Origin: Tepidiformaceae bacterium
GTDB lineage: Bacteria > Chloroflexota > Dehalococcoidia > Tepidiformales > Tepidiformaceae
Direction of reading: 5' to 3'
DNA: 64,000 nt
Assembly: GCA_039917655.1 (NCBI GenBank)
Contig: JBDSJC010000163.1
Location: 768 to 64,767 of the forward strand
In this document: positions 23,577 to 31,815 of the stretch, one piece after another
How the letters are laid out: every line of letters starts with the position of its first letter
Position numbering within the stretch: position 1 is the stretch's first letter
Notes under the pieces: model-generated
Seen by the model: only the letters and a program-made list of their open reading frames with translations
Databases searched by the model: none
Told to the model about the DNA's origin: nothing
Program-made: the position numbers and the translations under genes

Positions 23577-24337
23577 GCAGAAAGCCGCCCGAGCCGGAGA
23601 AGCCAGAGAACCACGAACGATGGATCGTGAGCTACGCGGACATGCTCACGCTCCTCTTCGCGCTTTTCGTGGTGCTCTACGCGACCAGCGATGCCAACCC
23701 GAAGAAGCTCCAGACCGTCAAATACTCCATCGATCAGGCGTTCAGTGTGGGCGTCCTCCAAGGCTCCAACGGTTCGTCGCCCATTTTTAATACCGGCGGC
23801 GGGCTAACGCCGAGCATCGACGAGATTAAGTCCAAGAACTTCGAAGGGTTGGCCAAGACGCTCGGGTCGTTCGCCAGGCTCAACGGCCTGGAGAACAAGA
23901 TCACCATACGCAGCGACGTTGATTCGATCACGATCAGCCTCGCCGACAACCTCCTGTTCGATTCTGGTAACGCAGACCTGAAGCCCGGCGCGCAGGACGT
24001 GCTCGCCCAGGTGGCCTCCGCGCTCGTTGGGTTGCCGAACGCTCTGCGCATCGAAGGCCACACGGACAACGTGCCCGTGAACAGCCCGGACTTCGCCACC
24101 AACTGGGAACTCTCCGGCGCCCGCGCTTCGCGGGTGCTGCGGTTTCTGGAGTCCGCGGGCCCGCTCGTACCGGACCGAATTTCGCTCGCCGGCTATGCCG
24201 ATACTCGAGCTGTGGCAGACAACGCCACGTCCGAGGGCCGGGCCCTTAATCGCCGGGCCGACATCGTCATCGTCTATCCCACGAAGGAGGACCTGCAGCG
24301 AATTCTCAGCGCGGCAGGGTCGAAACCAAAGCCATGA
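23573..24337 (+). CDS. motB: flagellar stator protein MotB (OmpA-like peptidoglycan-binding domain)
   Basis: WIVSYADMLTLLFALFVVLYA carries the conserved Asp. The C-terminus has an OmpA-like LRIEGHTDNVP...NWELSGARA...NRRADIVI. Confidence 0.9.
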   Translation: MSRKPPEPEKPENHERWIVSYADMLTLLFALFVVLYATSDANPKKLQTVKYSIDQAFSVGVLQGSNGSSPIFNTGGGLTPSIDEIKSKNFEGLAKTLGSFARLNGLENKITIRSDVDSITISLADNLLFDSGNADLKPGAQDVLAQVASALVGLPNALRIEGHTDNVPVNSPDFATNWELSGARASRVLRFLESAGPLVPDRISLAGYADTRAVADNATSEGRALNRRADIVIVYPTKEDLQRILSAAGSKPKP

Positions 24338-24822
24338 TGAAAGACAAAAAGGTCCTTGCCGGGGTCGCTGTGCTGCTGCTGGCGGCGTTCTGGTTCTACA
24401 TAAAGCCCCACTACCTGGCAGCCAAACCGCCGCCCGTCTACACCGAGGAGCAGCTTTCGGCGGCTCCGAAACCAACCGTGCAACTGGAAGAGCGCGTCCT
24501 CAATCTTAAGGCGCCCGCGACCGCTCCGAACTACGTGAAGCTCGTGCTGGCGCTGCAGTTCACTGATCCCAAGCATTCATACCTTGGCCTCAAAGGCGAG
24601 GCCTTGACCGCCAAAAACCTGGCCTTCACCGGCGAAATCAAGCCTGAGCTGCCACGAGTCTGGGACGCCGTCACCACTATTCTCGCCAGCAAGACTGTTG
24701 AGCAGGTTTCGGCGGCAGAAGGCCGCGACCAACTCAAGGCTCAGATAGTGGCAGCGATCAACAAAGACCTCCACGAGCTCCAGGTCGATACCGTCTACTT
24801 CGTCACATTCATCACGCAATGA
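24334..24822 (+). CDS. fliL: flagellar basal-body-associated protein FliL
   Basis: 162 aa with a single N-terminal TM. It contains NLKAP....YVKLVLALQF and a C-terminal L..QI...IN..L....V..VYF..F. It occupies the FliL position after motB. Confidence 0.8.
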   Translation: MMKDKKVLAGVAVLLLAAFWFYIKPHYLAAKPPPVYTEEQLSAAPKPTVQLEERVLNLKAPATAPNYVKLVLALQFTDPKHSYLGLKGEALTAKNLAFTGEIKPELPRVWDAVTTILASKTVEQVSAAEGRDQLKAQIVAAINKDLHELQVDTVYFVTFITQ

Positions 24823-24831
24823 GGTTCACCA

Positions 24832-25956
24832 ATGTCCGCACCGCATGAGGTCCTATCGCAACTGCTTTCCGCCGCGCAGGCCGACACGCTCGATTCGGCG
24901 GGCGCGAGCGTGTGGGCCTCCGCAGCCCAGACGTTGCAGTCGGTGCTCGGTTCGCTCCCTTCGCTGCAAGAGGTGGATGGGCGGCTGGTGATGCCGGACG
25001 AAATTGTGGGCGAGTTCAGCGATCCCCATCTCGTGGTCCCGCTGGAACTCTCAACCAGCAAAGAGCAGTCCGCGACAGCGTACCTGGTGGCGCGGACTGC
25101 TGTCGCCGCGATGTTCCTCGATTCGCAGGCTGATGACCCAACGGACGAAGAGCAGCAGACGCTTGTGGTGGCCTCAACGATCCTCGGGCAGGTGGTCCAA
25201 GCGCTGAACACCGCCGTCTTCGGCGCATCCCCGGTCGGTCTTGTCATTTCGCTGGACGACATGGTGGCGAACGCCATGCCCACGCTGCTCGGCACGATGG
25301 ACGAACCGGCGATGCTGCTGACCGCCGCCATTCAGGGCGGACGGATGCTTCCGTTCTCTTTGGTGCTGCCGGGGACGTTCCTCGACATTGTCGCTAGCGC
25401 AATGCCGGCCGAGGCGGCCGCGGCCGCTGACATGCCATCGACCGGTGTGTCGGCGGCAGTATCGCTGCTCGACTCGTTACCATTTACGCTGACCGAGGAC
25501 GAACTCGACGCCGCCGAACTTATTGACGACCGCCGCACGGGGCCGCGACCCTTCGCGGGAATGCCCCTGGAGAGCGAAGCGCAGCCGCACTCTCAGCCGC
25601 AGCAACCGCGCGAACCGACGCCAATCGCGCAGGGCCCAGCGGCGCACCGGGCACGATTCGCACCCATCCCCGATGCCCAGCCGCCAGTCGGCAGAAGCCC
25701 GATCGACCTGCTCGCCGGGCTACAAATGAACGTCGCTGTCGAGCTCGGCCGGACCGAGCTCACGGTCTCCGAAGTGCTCGGCCTCGGCCCGGGCTCGGTG
25801 ATCGAACTGGACCGCCTGGCTGGCGAACCTGTCGATATCCTCGTTAACGACCGTCTCATCGCCCGCGGCGAGGTCGTGGTCGTCGATGAGAACTTCGGCA
25901 TCCGCGTCGTTGAGGTTGTACGCCGATCAGCCGACCAGGAAGAACGGGTCTCGTGA
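24832..25956 (+). CDS. fliN: flagellar motor switch protein, FliN/FliY family (CheC-like N-region + FliN/SpoA C-domain)
   Basis: The C-terminus [72 protein letters not shown] is a canonical FliN domain. The length of 374 aa is similar to FliY, and the N-region has two CheC-like helices lacking the catalytic E/N residues. Confidence 0.8.
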   Translation: MSAPHEVLSQLLSAAQADTLDSAGASVWASAAQTLQSVLGSLPSLQEVDGRLVMPDEIVGEFSDPHLVVPLELSTSKEQSATAYLVARTAVAAMFLDSQADDPTDEEQQTLVVASTILGQVVQALNTAVFGASPVGLVISLDDMVANAMPTLLGTMDEPAMLLTAAIQGGRMLPFSLVLPGTFLDIVASAMPAEAAAAADMPSTGVSAAVSLLDSLPFTLTEDELDAAELIDDRRTGPRPFAGMPLESEAQPHSQPQQPREPTPIAQGPAAHRARFAPIPDAQPPVGRSPIDLLAGLQMNVAVELGRTELTVSEVLGLGPGSVIELDRLAGEPVDILVNDRLIARGEVVVVDENFGIRVVEVVRRSADQEERVS

Positions 25957-26576
25957 ATGACCCTCGCGCCCGCAAACGTTTAATTTGGGCGGGCGCCCTC
26001 GCAGCGACGCTGGTTGTATCGTTGCTTTTCATCTCGCTCTTTTCACCGTCCGGCCCCACGCAGACGGGGATACCGGAGGTGCGAGTCTCGGACAGCACAC
26101 TGGTGCAGGCGGCCGCGACGCCCAAGGCCTCGACGGCCGGCGCCAAGACGGAGAGCGGCGACGGTTTCAGCCTCGGCGGCGGGCAGATCGTTTCGTTGGC
26201 GTGGCGGCTCGCACTGGTCGCGGTGATCATCGGGGTCTCGATCGTCGGCCTTCGCTGGTGGGGCAAGAAGACGGCTGGGCCGCGGAGCGTGACCGGCTTC
26301 TTGCGTGTGGTGGATACGCTTTCGATCAGCAATGGACGGACGATCCACCTGGTCGCCCTCGGCGAGCGCGTCATCGCCATTGGCGCGACGACGCAACAAC
26401 TCACGATGCTGAACGAACTGACCGAGGACGAGGCGCGGAACGTGCTCGCAGAACTGCCAGCCACCAGCGAGCAGCCGGTCATCGCTTTCGCCAGCGAACT
26501 CTTTCACTCGATGCGGCGGGGAAACCGCCAACCGCCCCTGGACGCGCCTTCGATCGTCACCCGAGACCGGGGCTAA
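25953..26576 (+). CDS. fliO: flagellar biosynthetic protein FliO/FliZ
   Basis: A single central TM ([22 protein letters not shown]) is followed by L.VVD.LSIS.GRTIHLV.LG.RV..IG.T...L. It occupies the position between fliN and fliP. Confidence 0.7.
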   Translation: MNDPRARKRLIWAGALAATLVVSLLFISLFSPSGPTQTGIPEVRVSDSTLVQAAATPKASTAGAKTESGDGFSLGGGQIVSLAWRLALVAVIIGVSIVGLRWWGKKTAGPRSVTGFLRVVDTLSISNGRTIHLVALGERVIAIGATTQQLTMLNELTEDEARNVLAELPATSEQPVIAFASELFHSMRRGNRQPPLDAPSIVTRDRG

Positions 26577-26674
26577 ACAGCCGGGGCGAGCGCGGAAGCT
26601 TGGGCTGCCCACTGGGGCGATTCGGTGGGGCGGACGCTCTGCCTCAGGGATTTCCTCCCTGCGCAATGGGCCTT

Positions 26675-26686
26675 CCCCAATAACCG
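26675..26686 (+). promoter_or_regulatory. second copy of CCCC(A/G)ATAACCG motif, upstream of fliP
   Basis: CCCCAATAACCG lies 48 nt before the fliP ATG. It sits in the only sizeable (157 nt) intergenic gap of the flagellar operon. Confidence 0.3.
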
Positions 26687-26733
26687 GCCCAACCACTGCT
26701 CCCTACGCTACCCAGAGTTCGAATCATTCGGAC

Positions 26734-27540
26734 ATGCGAGAGAACGTGCGCGTCAGTTGGCCCCGTAAGCGAATCTCCCGGCGCCGTTTCCTGCTTAGTC
26801 TGGCGGTGCTCAGCCTCGCCGTCCTGAGCCTTACCAGTTGTGCCACGCAGACGGCCACCGGCGGCGGTGGAAGCGGTGGTCAGGGCCAGATGATTGACTC
26901 CCAGAGCCCGCAGAACGTCTCGGCCGCGATTCAGATTCTGTTGCTCGTGACCGTCGTCTCCCTCGCGCCAGCAATCCTTGTGATGGTCACTTCGTTCACG
27001 CGCATCATCGTGGTGCTTTCGCTGGTGCGGAACGCCATCGGCATCCCGCAGCTTCCCCCGAACCAGGTGCTGGTGGGGCTCGCGCTCTTCCTCACCGCAT
27101 TCGTCATGGCCCCGGCGATCAAGCAGATCAACAAAGAAGCGGTGCAGCCATATCTGAACGGCACCATCACCCAGCAAGACGCCTACTCCAAAGGTGAAGC
27201 GCCCCTGCGCACGTTCATGCTGAAGCAGACGCGTGAGCAGGACCTCGGCCTTTTCCTGAAGCTCAGTGACACCCCCAAGCCAGCGACAGTCGCTGACGTC
27301 CCGACGTACGTCCTGGTACCAGCCTTCACGATCTCGGAGCTGAAAACGGCGTTTCAGATGGGCTTCGTGATGTTCGTGCCATTCCTGATTATCGACCTCA
27401 TTGTGTCATCGGCGCTGCTCAGTATGGGCATGATGATGCTGCCGCCGGTGATCGTCTCGTTGCCTTTCAAGATCCTGCTCTTCGTCCTCGTCGATGGGTG
27501 GTACCTGATCATTGGCTCTCTTGTCGGGAGCTTCAGCTAA
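26734..27540 (+). CDS. fliP: flagellar type III export apparatus protein FliP
   Basis: It contains ILLLVTVVSLAPAILVMVTSFTRIIVVLSLVRNAIG...PNQVLVGLALFLTAFVMAP and GFVMFVPFLIIDLIVSS. The N-terminal signal peptide carries RRRFLL and the lipobox-like LTSC. Confidence 0.92.
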   Translation: MRENVRVSWPRKRISRRRFLLSLAVLSLAVLSLTSCATQTATGGGGSGGQGQMIDSQSPQNVSAAIQILLLVTVVSLAPAILVMVTSFTRIIVVLSLVRNAIGIPQLPPNQVLVGLALFLTAFVMAPAIKQINKEAVQPYLNGTITQQDAYSKGEAPLRTFMLKQTREQDLGLFLKLSDTPKPATVADVPTYVLVPAFTISELKTAFQMGFVMFVPFLIIDLIVSSALLSMGMMMLPPVIVSLPFKILLFVLVDGWYLIIGSLVGSFS

Positions 27541-27561
27541 CTTGCCAGGGAGGCGCGCGTA

Positions 27562-27831
27562 GTGAACGAAGCTGTTGTTTTGGGCCTGATGAAAGAGGCG
27601 CTCACCGTGTCCCTATTGGTCGGCGCGCCGATCCTCGGGGTGACGCTCGTGGTTGGCATCGTCGTCAGCATTATCCAGGCGGTCACGCAGGTGAACGAGA
27701 TGACGCTGACGTTCGTGCCCAAGCTGATCGGGGTCTTCGTGGCGATGTTGATCTTCGGCCCGTGGATGATGGAAACGCTCTTGAACTTCTCCTCGGGCCT
27801 GTTCGCGAACATGGCCAACTACGGACGATGA
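27562..27831 (+). CDS. fliQ: flagellar export apparatus protein FliQ
   Basis: 89 aa with a GTG start and a GGGAGG RBS. It contains LLVGAPILGVTLVVGIVVSIIQAVTQVNEMTLTFVPKL. Confidence 0.92.
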   Translation: MNEAVVLGLMKEALTVSLLVGAPILGVTLVVGIVVSIIQAVTQVNEMTLTFVPKLIGVFVAMLIFGPWMMETLLNFSSGLFANMANYGR

Positions 27832-27844
27832 GGCCACACCAGAG

Positions 27845-28615
27845 ATGAATCTCTCGCCGGACCTCAGCTACGGTTTTCTGCTCATCCTTATCAGGACGAG
27901 CGGGATGCTGGTGTCCGCGCCGCTGCTCAGTCACAAGGGCATCCCGGCGCAGACGAAGGTGGGGTTCGCCGTTTTCTTCGCGCTCGTACTCGTCCCTGTG
28001 ACACGGGACGCCGCGCCGGTCGCGCCCTCGCAGATCGGCGGCGTGATCGACGGCGTGATGCGTGAAGTGCTCTTCGGCCTGGCGCTGGGCCTCTCGATGA
28101 ATCTCGTCTTCCTCGGCGTGCAGATGGCTTCACGAATCATCGGCGTGCAGATGGGATTCGGGCTCGGCGGCGTCTTCGACCCCATCACCAACCAGGACCA
28201 CGGCACTTTCGACCAGTTTTACTTGCTGCTCATTACGCTCGTGTTTTTCAGCATCAACGGCCACTACATGGTCATCCAGGCGCTCGCTGAGACGCTTCGC
28301 GCGGTGCCTCTCGGCACGTTCGACCCCGGGTCCTTCAGCGGAGGAGCGATCGCGCCCTTGATGGCCGGGCTGACGGTGACGGCGGTGCGCATCGCCATGC
28401 CCGTGATGGCCGCGCTCTTCCTCACCGACCTCGGCATGGGCTTTGTAGCGCGCACGGTGCCGCAGATGCAGGTCCTTGTGGTTGGCGCGCCGGTGAAGAT
28501 CGTTGTCGGGGTGATCGTCCTGGGCGCTTCGCTCCCGGCCACCATGCAGCTGATGAACGGCGTCATCAACACCACGCTCACGGGCTCCAGCCAGCAGCTC
28601 CTGGGGGTGCGATAG
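27845..28615 (+). CDS. fliR: flagellar export apparatus protein FliR
   Basis: 256 aa and polytopic. It has a LLILIRTSGMLVSAPL start and occupies the position between fliQ and flhB. Confidence 0.9.
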   Translation: MNLSPDLSYGFLLILIRTSGMLVSAPLLSHKGIPAQTKVGFAVFFALVLVPVTRDAAPVAPSQIGGVIDGVMREVLFGLALGLSMNLVFLGVQMASRIIGVQMGFGLGGVFDPITNQDHGTFDQFYLLLITLVFFSINGHYMVIQALAETLRAVPLGTFDPGSFSGGAIAPLMAGLTVTAVRIAMPVMAALFLTDLGMGFVARTVPQMQVLVVGAPVKIVVGVIVLGASLPATMQLMNGVINTTLTGSSQQLLGVR

Positions 28616-29713
28616 ATGTCGCAGGAGCGAACAGAGGCCCCGACCGCGCAACGGGTGAAGCAGGCCCGCAGCCGGGGAGAGGTCTCCAAGAGCGAAGAGG
28701 TCGTCTCGATCGGCGTCTTGCTGGTGGCGGTTATCGGCATGCGGATGATCGGCCCCGGGTTGTGGGAGGGGATGGCGGACATCCTTCGCGATGGGTTGAT
28801 GCACCCAACTCAGGAGGAGTTCACGCGCTCCTCCGCGATGCAGTTCGGCCGCGATGCGGCAGGCCAGACGATCCTTGCGCTGCTCCCGCTGTTCGCCATG
28901 CTGGCGATGGCCGGCGTCGCGCTGAACGTGGCCCAGACCGGGCTCGTCCTTTCGGGCGCCAAGCTGAAGCCGAAGCTCAGCCATGTCAACCCGGGGGCGG
29001 GGGCCAAGCGCCTGGTCTCCAAGGAGGCCGGGATACGCCTGTTCAAGTCGCTCGCCAAGATGGGTGTCGTTGGGATCGTCGTCTACGTGACGATGAAGAG
29101 GCGAATGGCAGAGATATCAAACATGGGCGAGATGGACATTGCGCCGGCGACGGCCCGCCTCGCAACGCTGGCGTTCGACATCGCCATCTGGGCGGCAGTG
29201 GTGCTCTTCATGCTGGCACTGGGCGATTTCGCCTGGCAGCGCCGGCAGCATCGCAACCGGCTGAAGATGACCAAGGACGAGGTCAAGCAGGAGATGCGCG
29301 AGAGCGACGGCGACCCGCAGATCAAGCAGGCCATCCGCCGTCGCCGGATGGCGCTGCTCAACCGCATGATGGCCGCTGTCCCCAACGCCGACGTGATCGT
29401 TACGAACCCGACGCACTACGCCGTGGCCCTGAAGTACGACCCGGTGACCATGCAAGCCCCGATGGTCATCGCTAAGGGAGAAGCGCTGCTTGCGCAGCGG
29501 ATCAAAGAGGTCGGCCGCAAGGCTGGTGTGCCGGTGCTCGAAGAGCCGCCGCTGGCCCGTGCGCTGTTCGCTGCCGTGCCCGTGGGCCAGTACATCCCCG
29601 CGAATCTGTTCCACGCTGTCGCCGAAGTGCTTGCCTGGGTCTACGCCCTGAAGACCAAGATCCCGTTCGCAGGCCGCCGCGCCCCGTTGGCCGCCGCCGG
29701 GGGTGACGCATGA
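28616..29713 (+). CDS. flhB: flagellar export apparatus switch protein FlhB
   Basis: It begins with a SQERTEAPT..R...AR..G.V.KS N-terminus. It also contains KMTKDEVKQE.RE.DGDP..K and the NPTHYAVAL autocleavage site. Confidence 0.93.
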   Translation: MSQERTEAPTAQRVKQARSRGEVSKSEEVVSIGVLLVAVIGMRMIGPGLWEGMADILRDGLMHPTQEEFTRSSAMQFGRDAAGQTILALLPLFAMLAMAGVALNVAQTGLVLSGAKLKPKLSHVNPGAGAKRLVSKEAGIRLFKSLAKMGVVGIVVYVTMKRRMAEISNMGEMDIAPATARLATLAFDIAIWAAVVLFMLALGDFAWQRRQHRNRLKMTKDEVKQEMRESDGDPQIKQAIRRRRMALLNRMMAAVPNADVIVTNPTHYAVALKYDPVTMQAPMVIAKGEALLAQRIKEVGRKAGVPVLEEPPLARALFAAVPVGQYIPANLFHAVAEVLAWVYALKTKIPFAGRRAPLAAAGGDA

Positions 29714-31815
29714 CCGTGCGCGCCCCATCGGCGAACTGGGCCAAGGTACTCGGCCAGACCGACATTCTGCTGGCCGTCGGGATCATCGGCATCGTTGGGA
29801 TGCTCATCATCCCGCTCCCCTCGGCGCTGTTGGACATGCTCCTGACGATCAACATCGCCACTGGCGTTGTCGTCCTCCTCGTTGCCATCTACACCGAAGA
29901 CCCGATGAAGTTCTCGGTGTTCCCGTCGCTTCTCCTGATCACGACCCTCTTCAGGCTGGCTCTGAACGTCTCGACGTCGCGTCTCATCTTGCTGCATGGC
30001 GACGCTGGTAGCGTCGTCCACTCCTTCGGAAACTTCGTTGTCGGCGGCAACCTGGTTGTTGGCCTTGTCATCTTCCTCATCCTCGTCGTCATTCAGTTCG
30101 TGGTTATTACGAACGGTGCGGGCCGAGTGGCGGAAGTAGCGGCGCGCTTCACCCTGGACGCCATGCCGGGCAAGCAGATGGCGATTGACGCCGACCTCAA
30201 CGCCGGGCTGATCGACGAGAAGGCGGCGCGCGAGCGGCGCAAGGCGATCTCCTCGGAGGCCGACTTCTATGGTGCGATGGACGGCGCCAGTAAGTTCGTC
30301 AAAGGAGATGCGATCGCCGGCATCGTGATCATTCTTGTGAACATCATCGGTGGCCTCGCGATCGGGGTGTTGCAGCAGGGCGTTGGCCCCGCCGAGGCGC
30401 TGCAAACCTACGCACGGCTGACCGTTGGCGACGGGCTGGTCTCCCAGCTCCCGGCGCTCCTCATCAGTACCGCGGCGGGCATCGTCGTTACGCGCTCGGC
30501 GGGCAGCAACAACCTTGGCCTCCAGATGTTCTCGCAGCTTACCAATCAGTCCCGGCCGCTCTACGTGGCTGGCGGCATGCTCGGCGCGTTTGCGATGCTG
30601 CCGGGGCTGCCGAAGCTGCCGTTCCTCGCTATCGCCGCCATTTGCATCGGCAGTGGCTACTTCATCAAGCAACAGCGCGACCGCCAGGATGTCGCCGACC
30701 GCACGCCGCTGCCATCGACCGGGGAGAAGGAACCAGAGCAGCTGGGGCCGCAGCAGGTGATCCAGATGATGGCCGTCGACCCGCTAGAAATTGAGGTGGG
30801 CTACGGCCTGATCCCGATCGTGGACGAACAGGCCGGCGGCGGCCTGCTGCGCCGCATCACTATGATCCGCCGGCAGATCGCGCTCGACCTCGGCCTTGTC
30901 CTGCCCACCGTGCGCGTGCGAGATAACCTGCAACACGCACCGACGACCTACGTGGTGAAGCTTCGCGGCGTGGAGATTGCCCGCGGCACGCTGGTCCCGG
31001 GCCAGTTTCTTGCGATGGACCCCGGTACCGCGGAAGGCGATGTGCCCGGCACGGAGACGCAGGAGCCGGCATTCGGGCTTCCAGCGCGCTGGATCGTGCC
31101 CGCCCAGAAGGAGCGAGCGGAACTGCTCGGCTACACGGTGGTGGACGCCGAATCCGTCCTCGCGACTCACCTGACCGAGCTTGTGAAGCGGTTCGCCCCT
31201 GACCTGCTGAGCCGCCAGGACACGCAGAACTTGCTGGAAAACATGCGCACGGACTACCCGGCGCTCGTCGAAGAGCTCGTCCCCGCCAACCTGACCGTGG
31301 GCGAAGTGCAGGAAGTGCTGCAGAACCTGCTGGCCGAGCGCGTTTCGATCCGCGACCTGGTGACCATCTGCGAAACGCTCGCCACCCAGGCCCGCGTGAC
31401 GCGAGATGTTGACCTGTTGACCGAGTACGCCCGCGCTTCGCTGGCCCGCCAGATCAGCCGCCAGTACGCCGGAGACGATGGCGTCCTGAACGTGATTACC
31501 GTGGGTTCGCGCACTGAAGATGAGATCGCCTCGTCCATTCAGCAGGCCGACCGAGGGAGCACCATCGCGATGCCGCCGTGGCAGCTCCAGCGCCTGTTGG
31601 GCGTGGTCGGCACGGAGGTGGAGCGCGTGGCCGGGTCCGGACGCGACCCGATCATCCTCTGTTCGTCACGCATCCGTCTCGCGTTCCGGAGGCTGCTTGA
31701 ACGGAGGCTCCCGAACGTGGTTGTCCTGTCATTCGCAGAAGTAACCCCGCAAACGTCGGTAGAGGCGGCGGGCAGTATTGAGGTGAACGTTGGAACCGAA
31801 GCGCTACATCGGTAA
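29710..31815 (+). CDS. flhA: flagellar export apparatus protein FlhA
   Basis: 701 aa with FPSLLLITTLFRLALNVSTSRLIL, VVITNGAGRVAEVAARFTLDAMPGKQMAIDADL and a C-terminal cytoplasmic domain. Confidence 0.95.
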   Translation: MTVRAPSANWAKVLGQTDILLAVGIIGIVGMLIIPLPSALLDMLLTINIATGVVVLLVAIYTEDPMKFSVFPSLLLITTLFRLALNVSTSRLILLHGDAGSVVHSFGNFVVGGNLVVGLVIFLILVVIQFVVITNGAGRVAEVAARFTLDAMPGKQMAIDADLNAGLIDEKAARERRKAISSEADFYGAMDGASKFVKGDAIAGIVIILVNIIGGLAIGVLQQGVGPAEALQTYARLTVGDGLVSQLPALLISTAAGIVVTRSAGSNNLGLQMFSQLTNQSRPLYVAGGMLGAFAMLPGLPKLPFLAIAAICIGSGYFIKQQRDRQDVADRTPLPSTGEKEPEQLGPQQVIQMMAVDPLEIEVGYGLIPIVDEQAGGGLLRRITMIRRQIALDLGLVLPTVRVRDNLQHAPTTYVVKLRGVEIARGTLVPGQFLAMDPGTAEGDVPGTETQEPAFGLPARWIVPAQKERAELLGYTVVDAESVLATHLTELVKRFAPDLLSRQDTQNLLENMRTDYPALVEELVPANLTVGEVQEVLQNLLAERVSIRDLVTICETLATQARVTRDVDLLTEYARASLARQISRQYAGDDGVLNVITVGSRTEDEIASSIQQADRGSTIAMPPWQLQRLLGVVGTEVERVAGSGRDPIILCSSRIRLAFRRLLERRLPNVVVLSFAEVTPQTSVEAAGSIEVNVGTEALHR

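Noticed and set aside
26717-26725. A GTTCGAATC T-loop-like sequence suggesting a tRNA in the fliO-fliP gap.
   Set aside because: The flanking bases cannot form a T-stem (CAGAG versus CATTC). No acceptor or D-arm structure is present upstream.
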